64,000 nt of DNA. Origin: Leucoraja ocellata (taxonomy: Eukaryota). The notes beneath the pieces were generated by a model. The model saw only the letters and a list, made by a program, of their open reading frames with translations. It was not told the origin of the DNA and searched no databases. Both the position numbers and the translations under genes were made by a program. The stretch covers positions 1,860,001 to 1,924,000 of the forward strand of contig JAWMAR010000306.1 in NCBI GenBank assembly GCA_036785375.1, read 5' to 3'. Of the stretch, positions 36,890 to 48,940 are shown piece by piece (position 1 is the first letter of the stretch; each line of letters begins with the position of its first letter).

Positions 36890-37345
36890 GAGTCATAAAG
36901 TCATACAGTGTGGAAACAAGGCCTTCGACCCAACTTGCCCACAATGACCAACATGTTCCATCTATGCCAGTCCCACCTGATTGAGTTTGGCCCATATCCC
37001 TCTAAACACATCCTATCAACGTACCAGTCGAAATGTTTCTTAAATGTTGCGATAGTACCTGCCTCAACTATCTCCTCTGGCTCATTCCATACACTCACCA
37101 CCCCAGGTTACTATTAAATCTATCCCCCCTCACCTTAAACCTATGCCATCTGGTTCTCGATTCCCCTACTGAGCAAATGACTCTGTGCTTTTACCCAATC
37201 TATTCCTCTCATGATTTTGTACACCTCTATAAGGTCACCACTCATCCTCCTGCGCAGCAAGGAATAGAGTTCTAGCCTGGTCAACCTCTCCCTGTAGCTT
37301 AGGCTCTCAAGTCCTGGAAACATCCTCGTAAATTTTCTCTGCACC
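36890..37345 (-). mobile_element. CR1 LINE 3' fragment, second subfamily
   Basis: QRKFTRMFPGLESLSYRERL...GDLIEVYKIMRG. Confidence 0.85.
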
Positions 37346-37446
37346 CTTTCCCCTTATAAGGACCAATTCACAAAAAGAGACCATTTAACAATGTGAAAAT
37401 ATAAAATCCATGCGTCATTTGCTGATAACATCATTGCCTCACTTAC

Positions 37447-37601
37447 TGGACAGAGAGTTGATCTCTTCGCATCGGACAGCCAGATATCAGTGATTGACTT
37501 TTCCAATAGCTGTAGGGTACCTTCTAATACTTGTTGCAGCTCTGAAGCTAGATCATTAAAGCCAAAAAGGACCAAAACTTTCAATAAGTCGTGAACTTCA
37601 C
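37447..37601 (-). CDS. ELP1: ELP1 exon 35 equivalent
   Basis: 155 nt; EVHDLLKVLVLFGFNDLASELQQVLEGTLQLLEKSITDIW; donor gtaagt. Confidence 0.93.
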
Positions 37602-38074
37602 CTGGACAAAAGAACCAAAAGTTAGGTTTGTAAAACTAATGTTTTAAAAAAAAAATCTGTTAAATAACAAGAACAAGAAAAACAGATAATAAGTAAGTAA
37701 GTTTAAGTAAGTAAGTTTATTGGCCAAGTATTCACAAACAAGGAATTTGCCTTGGTGCAATGTAATGTAATGAACATCACATTGAACTCAGAGATAACAT
37801 TCTTTTGCATTTGAACTAGACGTTAGGGTTCAAGTTTCATTTTAGAGACGTGAATACAAAATTAAGGCTGACAGTCTAATGCAGTACCGAGGGACAGCTG
37901 TACTATCCCAGGTGGTAGTTTTTGAATTAGATGTTAGATTCAAGTCCACCTTGAGGAATCTAGAAATCCAGATGAATTTGTTTTTGCTCCAGATTCCAGC
38001 ATACGTAGTTTTTTGTATCTTAAATTTACAGCTTTACTTTCTTTACAAAGGATACAAAGAGGGTGGAAGAATAC

Positions 38075-38202
38075 CTGTCAGTTTGTCCACAGTGCAGATT
38101 ATTTCTCTCAATGCTTGCAACAAAGCTACATCTTCCATCGGGCTCCCCTCCTTCAAGCTGTACCTTTTCCTTTCTGCCTTGCGACGGTTTTTTGAGCTAC
38201 GT
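38075..38202 (-). CDS. ELP1: ELP1 exon 34 equivalent (basic tRNA-binding region)
   Basis: 128 nt; [28 protein letters not shown]. Confidence 0.96.
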
Positions 38203-39574
38203 CTGCAAAATTCAAAGTGATTGAATAGTAGCATAGATTATACTGAAGTGTTAATAATGGGTTATTATCTATAGATGATTCATCAGCTTATATAAAACTT
38301 TTAAGATAATAATAGAGGTCACCAAATATGCCTTTGTAGGTTTCACTCTCATCTCTTGAGTCAGAACATGTGGCTTGAGCACAATGGTCTCCAGTACATT
38401 GCTGAGAGTGCGCCATATTGCTGGAAGTGTTGTCTTTCAAATGAGGTAAAACCAATAGACAATACACAATAGACAATAGGTGCAGGAGTAGGCCATTCAG
38501 CCCTTCGAGCCAGCACTGCCGTTCAATGTAATCATGGCTGATCATCCCTAATCAGTACCCCGTTCCTGCCTTCTCCCCATATCCCCTGACCGCTATCTTT
38601 AAGAGTCCTATCGAACTATCTCTTGAAAGTATCCAGAGAACCGGCCTTAGTCTGCAATCTAAGGTGGATGCAGAAGATACCACGGCACTATTCCAAGCAA
38701 GGTCTGATCCTCAATGCCCACATTTATCATTTAACTAACATTATTAAATAAATCAAGTCCACTTGTTATCACACTGCTGTTTGTGGAAGGTTGCAGTTCA
38801 AATTGACTGTTATTTTTCCTATATTACAATATGTACTTATACCTCAAATCTTCTTCACTGGCTACAAAATCCTTTGGGATGTTTAGAGTTTCTGAAAAAT
38901 GTCAGTCAACTGCATCTTTTTTTCCTAAATGTCTGCTTACATTTCGAGTCTTTGTGGTAACAAATGATATTGCAAAGTTGAAGTTCAGGACTGCAAAGTA
39001 ACAGTTTACAAGAATAGAGTTTTTGCAATGAATCATGCTTATTAATTAATCTAGTTTCAATGTTACTGCTGATGATGCTCTAAATGGCTTAAATGATGCA
39101 CCGTCAGTAAACCCTAAATAATATAATACATTTCATTTTTACAGGCCTTTAAAAGCACCAGCAAAATGTAGCAATCTATAAATGTTGTTCTTCATGCTAT
39201 ATCAAACCCACAGTCTTTCATGAACAGTCTGCATTTTGCAGTGGTTAAGAATCTGATCTCATTTGTATTTAAAAACAGGTGCAAACTCTGTTCTTGCAGT
39301 ACTGTTACTTTGCAGTGCTGATCTTTGAATATGTACCATCTTCTGTCACCACAAAGACTCAAAACGCAAGCAGAGACTAGATATAGCATCTTCCACAAGA
39401 GAAGGCTTTTCACAAATTAGTAATTTAAAATGCAGGAAACATATCTTTTAGACCATACAATTTTCTCAAGATGTGCCTGTCAAAACCATTCATTGCTGTT
39501 CAATTCCTGGAGTAACTTCTCACTCAGCCCCTCCACCCCCTAACATTCCCCCAAGTTCCTACCTCCAGACCATG

Positions 39575-40340
39575 GTGTCATAGAGAACTACAGAATGGAA
39601 ACAGGCCCTTCGGCCCAATTTTCCCATGATGCCCTATCTACACTACTCCCACTTATCTGTTTGGCCCACATCCCTTGTGACAGCCCCCCCCCCCCCTCAC
39701 CCACCCCAGGGAAATTGTCCTTCAGGTTCCTATTAAATCTTTCCCCTGTCGCCTTAAACCTATGTCCTCTGGGTCTTCATTCCCTTACTCGGGGTAAAAT
39801 ACTCTGTATTTACCCTATCTATTCTCCTTGTGATCTTAACACCTCTATGTCACCCCTCATCCTCCTGTGCGCCACAGAATAAAGTCCCAGTCTGCCCAAC
39901 CACTCCCTATAGCCGAGGCCCTTGAGTCCTGACAACATCCTCAAATCTTCCCGGTCTTGACCCGAAACATCACCCATTCCTTCTCTCCAGGGATGCTGCC
40001 TGTCCCACTCCAGCTTTTTGTGTCTATCTCAAATCTTCCTTGTGCTCTTTCCAACTTAACAATATCCTTCCTACGGCAGGGTGACCAAAAGTGAACACAA
40101 TACTCCAAATGTGGCCTCAGCAACTTGTCTTGTACAATTGTAACATAACATCTCAACTTTTATACTCGATGCCGTGCCTGATGAAGGCCAATGTAAGACT
40201 GATGAAAGTCTTCTTGACTAGCCTATCTACCTGTGACGCTACTTTCAAAGAACTATGTACCTCCATTCCTAGATCCCTCTGCTCTATAACACTCCCCAGG
40301 ACACTGCCATTCACTGTGTAAGTCCTGCCCTTATTTGACT
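39575..40340 (-). mobile_element. CR1 fragment interrupted by a Penelope-derived arm (about 39955-40030)
   Basis: [14 protein letters not shown] on - strand; inserted GACCCGAAACATCACCCATTCC. Confidence 0.75.
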
Positions 40341-40612
40341 ACCCAGCACAGATTAACTGGAAGTACTAATGCCTCTGATCAGAAAATCACGAGTTGACGT
40401 CCCACCTCCAAGATGATTCAGTCCAGTACAATAACTCAGCAGTGCCATTCTGTTGCAGGTACCTTAATACAGCAGTGTCATTAAATCAACAAAGGGAGCA
40501 GGAGTTTCCTCCAGTGACGTGGTTCATGTTTCTCCCTCAATCCACACCATAAGAATGCATTACCGGTGATCATCAAACCTAATCTTGATGAGAATATTAA
40601 CAAGAAACTTAC

Positions 40613-40724
40613 GCTGATATCCTGGAGTTGCTGTGTGAATATTTGGAACTCATTCCACCCGCTGACCACAAGCTGCTCTTCTCTGAATACAGATCGGAGT
40701 CTGGGCCATCAGCCATCTCCTCAT
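40613..40724 (-). CDS. ELP1: ELP1 exon 33 equivalent (Ser-rich phosphoregulatory region)
   Basis: 112 nt; EEMADGPDSDLYSEKSSLWSAGGMSSKYSHSNSRIS; donor gtaagt. Confidence 0.93.
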
Positions 40725-40834
40725 CTACCGAAGATTAAGAGAATTAAACCACAAGTCAGAGCTCATTATATACACAAAAAAAAACTGAACCATTACTAAA
40801 AATAACATGCCCTAGGTAGATTGTGCAAACATAC

Positions 40835-40942
40835 CTAAAAATCCTTCCTGCGCTTTCATTTCCCATACAATTTTTAGGCGGGATTTATGATGGATAAATA
40901 AGGTTTTCTGAGAATCTAGGAATGTCACCTGGTTGCTATGAG
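40835..40942 (-). CDS. ELP1: ELP1 exon 32 equivalent
   Basis: 108 nt; HSNQVTFLDSQKTLFIHHKSRLKIVWEMKAQEGFL; phase 1/1. Confidence 0.9.
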
Positions 40943-43324
40943 CTAGAAGGGGGTAAAAAACACAATAATGCTCATTATTTATACCATAAATTTCTTTGAT
41001 TAGAAGCAATTCTACAACATAACTAAAGGTTTGATTTTTTTTTGGTTTTAATAGGTAAAAACGAAAAGCACACTAAATGGCCAACTGGTAACATTTTATT
41101 CCCACCACTCAAAATAAACTACTGAGGCAATGAATAGTAACTTGGTAATTAAGATAGTGGTAGAGAAAGGCAATATTTTACCACTGCTACCCTACTATCA
41201 AGTATGCTTATTTGATAGCATACTATCAAGTATGCTTATTAGGATCACTCATCCTCGTTTCCACCAGTGTGTTCATGTTAGTACTGCACCTGCTGGCTTA
41301 AAGACAGATTGAAGCATGAGGCACCAATTAAAAGAGAGGTCAGAGGAGGATGAGGGTTTACTTCAGAACTGTCTCGAGTCAGTGGACTGGAACACGTTCA
41401 AGCCTGAATGAATATACCTCATTTGTCACCGCATTCATCAAAGAAAGTGTTGACAACTGCATTCTGACAAATACAACTAAAGTCTGTCCAAACTGAAAAC
41501 CTTGGATTCAGATTAGTTTATTGTTAAGTGCACAAAAGTGCAATAAAATTGCATGTTGGCATGAAGCTCAGAGTTAACAGTATACATAATAATAAACACA
41601 ACAACAAAATGGTGCAAAGATAGCAGTATAATCTGAAGTGGTGCAAAATAAAAATTCAAGTACATTAACAGAATAACTGAATGAAGTTGAGTTAAAAGTA
41701 ATTCCATGTGGCACCACATCTGGGAAGTGGGTGGGAAAGAGGCGATTGGTTCAGAGCAGACACAAAATGCTGGAATAACTCGGCAGCGGTTTTGGGTCGG
41801 GACCCTTCTTCAGACCTTTTGATTACATTTTGATTGGTTCAGCAGTTTGAAAGCAGTGAGGAAAAAGCTATTCTTAAGTCTGGATATCTGGCTTTTCCCA
41901 GAAGAAAAAAAAAGGAATGGTCAGGGTGGTAGGCATCCATGACGATTTACCAAATACCAGCAGCTATGTCAACGAGGACATTATTGTGTTCGCCCCTCAC
42001 TTCCTTAGGTCACCAACTATCTGTTTTGTCTTGCTGACATTCAGGGCTAGATTGTTGTCCTGACATCATGACAGTGGCATCATTGGCGAACTTAATGATT
42101 GAATCATCATTACACATGGCCATGCATTCATCGTTATACAAGAAATAGAGCAGGGAAATGAATAGGGAGATTCACTCCCTGCTAAAGTTCAGATCCAATG
42201 CTTTCAAGAAAGATGATCTAGGCCCTTCTGCACAATTTTCATCCACTGACCAACATGCCCCATCTAGACTGGTCCCAGCTGCCAGGTATTCTAAGACGAT
42301 TACAAAATAAGCTTGATGCTCAATTCAATTACTTTTGTTGGTGTCATAGTAGATTTTGCATGTTCTTCAGGATTCTCTTGAACGCCTACAGTTGCACTAG
42401 AGAAAATATTATGACAGGATGGATCTCAGCCTTGAATAACATCTGCCCTGTTCTTGATGCCTGAACTTGAAGAGAGTGGTGAACACAGCCCAGTCCAACA
42501 CAGGCTCGTCAGTTCCTTCCATCTAGTCCATCATCATGGTACATTGCATCAGGAAGGCTGGAAGTATTGTCACGGATGCCTGACACCTTAGCCATTCCCT
42601 TTTCCTTATCCATTCTTTCTTCCGGGAGAAGATACAGGAGCTTAAAAGCTTGGACATGCAGACTTAATGAGAGTCCCCCCTCCCCATCAATGTTATAAGA
42701 ATCCTGAACCAATCACCTTTCACAACCCAATCCCAGAGGTGCCACCACATTAACTCTACTTCATTTGACTATTTCATCATTGTAACTTTAATGTTTCTGT
42801 GCACTATTTTGGGTTGCATTACAATATTGCACCATACTGCTGTTTTACATTTATTGTATTTATTATTACTGTATGTATACTGATTCATCTTCCCATCAGA
42901 TTGCAACTAGGGTTTGATCCAACTCCGTGCAAGTGTAAACAAAGCACCTAACCATACAAAATCTGATGCAATTTATTGACTTAAGCTTTATTTCAACAGC
43001 TAAAACTAAAACATTTTACTGAATGCTAATAAAAACTGAAAAGACATCCCCAAATTAAATCAAAATAAAAAGCAACTAATTATGCCCTAAATATAACCTT
43101 GATTTATTACATAAATATACAAATTCAAGAACATTTATTACATAAATACACAAATTCAAGAACATTTGGGTCATCTACTGAGAGAACTGGTACCAATGTC
43201 AAATGACATTCAGGAACACTTACATTTGCTTGAAGCAGCGAGCATCAGTTGCTGCATTAAATTCTGCAAGGCAGTGCAACTTCACCAGTGGAGCAACCCG
43301 CAAAGGATCAAATAAGTCACTTAC

Positions 43325-43385
43325 CTTCCAATATGGAAGGTTTCAGGTTGGTTTCCAAAATATCAGTCCTTTTGTACTTGTAAAT
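43325..43385 (-). CDS. ELP1: ELP1 exon 31 equivalent
   Basis: 61 nt; IYKYKRTDILETNLKPSILE. Confidence 0.93.
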
Positions 43386-44091
43386 CTAGGAAAATTTGAG
43401 AAATTTGTTTCATTATATGTTCTAGTGGTTGGATTAATATTTATCCTGAGTCAACATCACTAAAATCATTCTAGCTTTGATCTGTGTGGGAGTTTACTAT
43501 GCATAAATTGACTAGGTCACATTTTCTACAGTTCAAAAGTGCTTGTACTTTAAAAAGAATGCATGGGTTGTTATGGGCTGTGGGATTTCCTAAGGATGCA
43601 AGAGACATTATATCAATTCTAGTTATCTTACTTACAATAGTGGAGGCTAAAACAGATGTTACCCATTAGATACTATATCACATCGGTAAGAGTTGCAAAA
43701 ACAACACATTTATTGAGGAGTTATAGAATACCAAATATATTCCAGGAGAACTATAAAAGTTGAATATGAATTTTTAGCTGTAAAGTACATCCAGCCTGAC
43801 TAGCTGAGTCTGCAGAATATCAAACAAGAGGTAACTAGAGGGAGGCTGTAATCCATGTAACGTGGCAATTTGGGGAACACAAAGAGGGAACAAGGATTTA
43901 GAGGTCATGTATCCTTATGTCTATAAGCCGATACACCAAGTTGTAAAGATGCAAAGCATTCCTCATTCAGGCACAGTAATTGCAGTAAAGCAGGAAAATG
44001 ACTCCAGGTTACAGTAACTATAAATACAAATTTGTGGTCTCCACTTAAATGAACCCACAACTTTACGTAAAAAGTTATTAAAAAATATTAC

Positions 44092-44154
44092 CAGTCTTAA
44101 TGACTCGTCCCAGGCACCTCCTTCTAAAAGTGAGGTAATGGCTTCTTCATAGTC
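44092..44154 (-). CDS. ELP1: ELP1 exon 30 equivalent
   Basis: 63 nt; DYEEAITSLLEGGAWDESLRL. Confidence 0.93.
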
Positions 44155-45640
44155 CTGCAGTGAGAAAGGTTATCGGAATAAGGACAAAATTCTAAAGGTT
44201 GTAATAATCACACAATGGAGTGGATACTTATTGAGCATTGGGCAAGAATGGCGAACAATTAGCTGAAATCTTGAATAGGATACTTTCTAAATGTATGTTG
44301 GTGATATTTTAAATGGAGTTGCAATAAACTTGTCTAAAACAATCAAAATTATACGGTCTTCTCATCCTCAAAGAAGCCATTCTCGATTCGCCACTGACCT
44401 GCAGCCAGGTCTGGATTATGTGTCTGGAAATCAACTGAGGGAATTCCTGAGGATACAGAGTTGGCTTAATTCAATCGAAAAAGGCATGAAATCAATGAAT
44501 TAACCCAAGGGCAAAGGGGAAAAAAATCAGTTGGCAGTGTATGGTCTTGAAGTACAAAATGGGACTGGTTGGCTTATTGTGCCTTTGTTGGCCTTTCACA
44601 GAGTTGTACGAGTCCCACTCCCCCTGCTCTTTCTCCACATCTGGCAAATACTTCAAGTATTTGTTCAGTTCTTCTGAATCTGCATCCATCAATCTTTCAG
44701 TCTGGTCAACAATTTGCTGTAATTTTATCTGCCCCCTGCATTCCCCCTTGCCCCACCCCCCTCCACCACAATATCTTGCTACTTGTTCTTGTACAAATCA
44801 TGTTATGTCTGCGACCTCTGATTATTAAAAACATATGCTCCTCATTTAGTCCATCAAAACCTTTCCTAGTTTTGGTCACCCATATCATGCCTCTCCAGTC
44901 CACAACTTTCTCTACTCCAAATGAAATAAATCTTACTGCGTAAACAATATCTTTCACCCAGGTAACATTCAAGTACCGTATTTCCCGGCAATGAAGACAC
45001 ACCTGCGTCGAAGACGCACCCCCATTTTGAGTTGCTAAATTTTGAAAAAAGGCTGGCGGGACATAGTTTCTCACGCTCAAAAAGATAAAAAAAAAGAAAA
45101 TAACAATTCAATTTGCCCAAGGCTTCCAGATCTCCTCCATTCTGAATGACTGAATGGGTGGGGGAGTTGGGGGGTGACCGCAGGTGGACAGATGGTGTGA
45201 GAAATGGGAGCACACGTTAAATCAGTTGTGATCTTATTGAATGACAATACTAGTTCAACTAATTCAAGGGACCAATTGGGGGGAGAGTACCTTTCACAGC
45301 TTGTGGGGAGTCTGGCCCGGGTCAGCACGGGCAGGAGCATTGAGAAGGAGGGGGTTGGGGATCATGCCAGCAACTCACTCACTCACCACTGCCGCGGCAC
45401 TCTGGGCGCGGAGCCACCACATGGTGGCCGGGGAGGGAAGTAGCTTTCTGTGAGCCCGCTCACCTCTGGCAGTGCTCTCCGTCTGAACATCTCTCTCCTG
45501 CCGCTCGCCAGCCTCGCTCATCTCAGCCGCTTCCCACAAATCTTTAAATTCCAACTGTCGCCGTGAGTAGGACATGGCCTCACTGGCTGCGCTGGGAGAC
45601 ACGGCACGGCATTCACTACCCGGTCCGTGTCTTTCAAGAG

Positions 45641-45813
45641 CAAAGATCATAGAGCGGAGTGGGTCAGCGGGCGATGGATAACAGGACAGCGGGCAGTGGA
45701 GCTTACTCCTGTAACCTCAATTGGTCCCTTGATTGCACTGACACAGGAGTAAGTCCACAGCCCGCTGTCCTGTTACCCATCGCCTGCTGACCCACTCTGC
45801 TCTATGATCTTTG
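45641..45813. mobile_element. P-element-like foldback MITE nested in the pogo-like element
   Basis: About 72-nt inverted arms starting CAAAGATCATAGAGC, related to the TIR at 2603. Confidence 0.75.
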
Positions 45814-46310
45814 CTCTTGAGCTGGTCCCCTCACTGTCCGGTCACTCGCAGCCACCCGAGCTACTTCCCTCCCTGGCAGCAGTCAGAATGAGCGGCATGA
45901 GCGAGGCTGACATGAGCGAGGCCAGTGAGCGGCAGGTGAGAGGTGTTCAGACGGAGAGCACCGACAGAGGTGAGCGGGTTGACAGAAGGCGCTGAGGTGG
46001 CGGCTGGTTCCGCTGTCTGGTCCCGGCGGCCGCTTACAGCCACCCGAGCTACTTCCCTCCAAGGCTACAATGCGGTGGCTCCGCGCATGGAGTGCCACGG
46101 CAGCGGTGAGTGAGTTGCTGGCATGATCCCCGACCCCCTCCTGCTCAACGCTCCTGCCCGTGCTGACACGGGCCAGACTCCCCACACGCTGTGAAAGTGT
46201 GATCTGAATCTCAATCTGAAAGGAACTCTTCCTCCCCCCCCCAGCGGCGCTGTCCTTTTACAGCTGCTTCCCATTTTACAGCTGCTTCCCATCAGCTGCC
46301 AGCAATGAGG

Positions 46311-46384
46311 GATAAACTTGGCTATCCCTCAGTACAGCAACATCGTTCTTGATGTTGCTGTACTGAGTGATAGCCAAGTCTATC
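46311..46384. repeat. 74-nt hairpin (34-bp stem, 6-nt loop)
   Basis: GATAAACTTGGCTATCCCTCAGTACAGCAACATC-GTTCTT-GATGTTGCTGTACTGAGTGATAGCCAAGTCTATC; two mismatches. Confidence 0.85.
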
Positions 46385-47750
46385 TTTCTTGGCTAACAAC
46401 CTAACCTTCGGCCTCCAAGATGTAGGTAAATTTTCATGCCTTATTTTTAGGTGAAAAATAGCATCTTCATTGCCGGGAAATACAGTAAATTGCCTCTGTG
46501 TCCTTTCTAAGGTTTGACATGCTCACTAAAGTGTGATACATATAAATGACAACAATGCTTTAAAGCTGGGATCTTACTACCATTTAATAAAATCACAACA
46601 TTAAATTTGTGGTAGAGTGGATGATCATCAGCTATGTAATTGAAAACCATACTGTAAAGTATTTTTACTTAATGCATGTTGTAACACACAGTCTAGGTTA
46701 ATGAAGCATTTTATTAATACGTTTCTGCTTTGCTGTCTTTTTGAACACAATTTGTTAGACATTGTCAGGGGCAAATTATCAGAGCTCTTCAAGCAGTAAT
46801 TTCTTCCTGTGTAGTCGGAAATCTAACTTCAAATTAGAAAATATTGTTGCTGGAGTATAGCAAATAACTGCATGTGTCAGTATAGATTAATCTTCAGTTG
46901 GATGTATCGGGGGGGGGGGCGGACAAGAGTATTATTAGGCACATTTTTAAAACAATGCATTTAGAACATTAATAGTTACCCCATATAATGAAGAAATGGT
47001 TCCGTTTGATTTTTTAATGCTATAAACTGCCACATAGCAGGGTAATTATAGGGATGATTTAGACAAGCTGCTGAAACATGCTTATTTTCCGATAAACCTA
47101 TTGTTAACTGTATTAATCAAATTGCATCAGTTTATCGCTCTTAAGCAAATTAAATAAACCTCGCAAGTACGTTGCTTTAAAAAGTCCTGCCCAATTACTT
47201 TGGTTCATAAGATATTTTATATTATTGAAACAGGACGATTATTTTGAATGGAATTGAAAGTTTAAAAAAAATGTTTGTAACAAACATGTGCATGTTACAA
47301 TGTTCACACAGATACCGGGGACAATGCAATTCGGAGATGGTATATGATCCAAATAATAACAAATGAATAAACTAAAGGGCAAAGTCTGCCTAACGAAGAC
47401 ACATGCCACACTACTTGGCTGGCTAAAAAACAGATCCAATATACTGTATCAAACATAACTGCAAGCATATCTTGGATGCCTGTAACTCCATATTTTAAAA
47501 AAACGGTTTAATCTCACATACTGCAAAACTCGAAAGCCTGGTCATTTCCTAATTACATTTCTTTGGGAAATAATAAGTGGACAAAATGGCTATTTCTGAA
47601 CAGCATTACACCTTAGAATTGTTTAAACAATGTCTGATGGCAAGTTTAACATTCAAAGCTCTTCAATTCAGTAGTCCAAATATTTGCCAGGGCATATTTA
47701 AATAAGGATACTGATATGTACTTGGTAAGGGCTCTCAGAATCACACTTAC

Positions 47751-47812
47751 CTTGGCATATTGCTCCAGGATTAAGGCTGCCTCCGAATATCTCCGCTGTT
47801 CCTTCAACCGCC
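47751..47812 (-). CDS. ELP1: ELP1 exon 29 equivalent
   Basis: 62 nt; RLKEQRRYSEAALILEQYAK. Confidence 0.93.
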
Positions 47813-48233
47813 CTAGAAACCACCAAACAAATACCTTACTTTTTCTTTTGCTCAAATTAACTTTGAGCTTTTCAGGGTGAAGGGTGACAGTGAAATTTAA
47901 TGGAATTATTTCAACATATATTTAAAATTGTTGGTAGCAATCGTATTTAGTCAGTTGCAGAGTGCAATTTCATCAATGACAAATAAAGTGGTTCAGTTCA
48001 GACTCAGAACTGCACTGATGTGACACAGACATACTGCAACGCACACATTGCAGCACATCCATCAGATTTTAGCAAGGTGAGATGAACTGCTTATTGGAAG
48101 TGGCTGAACATTAAGAGCCAAGCCAGTAAAACAGTCATGATCAAACTGGTGAAACTACTCAACTAAAGTGGTTTCCTTGTATCTATGTGATACTCCCTAA
48201 AAATCATTACACCAAAGATGTACGAGCTCTTAC

Positions 48234-48435
48234 CTGATATAATCCGTGCCATGTTAATCATTTTGTCCTCAGTATAGTGGAGCTGAGCAGCCATACAAAA
48301 GGCTTGCTGCCAACTACAGCACAGCAGGAAAGCATCGAGTGCCTTTTCACAATCCCCGCATCGTGCAAAGATTAGCCCTGCTTGTTCATGGCATTGCTTC
48401 TCAATGAGGTACTCGCCAAATGCAACACTGATATC
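48234..48435 (-). CDS. ELP1: ELP1 exon 28 equivalent (TPR region)
   Basis: 202 nt; DISVAFGEYLIEKQCHEQAGLIFARCGDCEKALDAFL... Confidence 0.95.
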
Positions 48436-48443
48436 CTGAAATT

Positions 48444-48940
48444 GCAAGAAATTGCAGAGTTGTGGATGTAGCCCAGTCGATCACACAAACCAGCCTTTCA
48501 CTCATTAACTCCATCTACACCTCGCAATACTTCAGGAAAGCAGCTAACATAATCACGGACCAACCTAGTTATTCCCTCTCTTCCTCTCTTTCATTAGGTA
48601 GAAAATACAAAAGCTTGAAAACACATGCCACCAGATTCAGGAACAGCTTATTTCCCACTGTTATCAGACTGATGAACAGTCCTATAAGCCAAGGTGCAGT
48701 TCCAATCTCTCAATCTTCCTCATTGTGGACTTTGCACTTTTCTTTTCTTTCTGCACTGTCTCCATAATTGTAAAACAATAAAGCAGTAACACTATATTCT
48801 GCATTTTGGTATTTTTCTCTTTCCACTAACAGTTGTATTTTGTATGTGATTGTATTCTTGATTAGTTTGATTTGACTGGATAGCACCAAAAACTGCTTTC
48901 CACTGTATCTCTGCTACACCTAACAATAATAAATCAATAC
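48444..48940 (+). mobile_element. Rex1/Babar-like LINE 3' fragment abutting the ELP1 exon 28 acceptor
   Basis: DVAQSITQTSL...RKAANII...GRKYKSLKTHATRFRNSLFPTVIRLMN. Confidence 0.8.

Larger units (their letters stand above)
44976..46485. mobile_element. Tc1/mariner-superfamily (pogo/Tc2-like) non-autonomous element with internal inverted repeats
   Basis: TA|CCGTATTTCCCGGCAATGAAGAC ... TCTTCATTGCCGGGAAATACAG|TA: TIRs with TA TSD. Confidence 0.85.

Noticed and set aside
45204-46292. Pairs of similar ORFs on opposite strands (MIFALE..., GSLARVSTGRS...)
   Set aside because: Produced by the inverted repeats, not by genes
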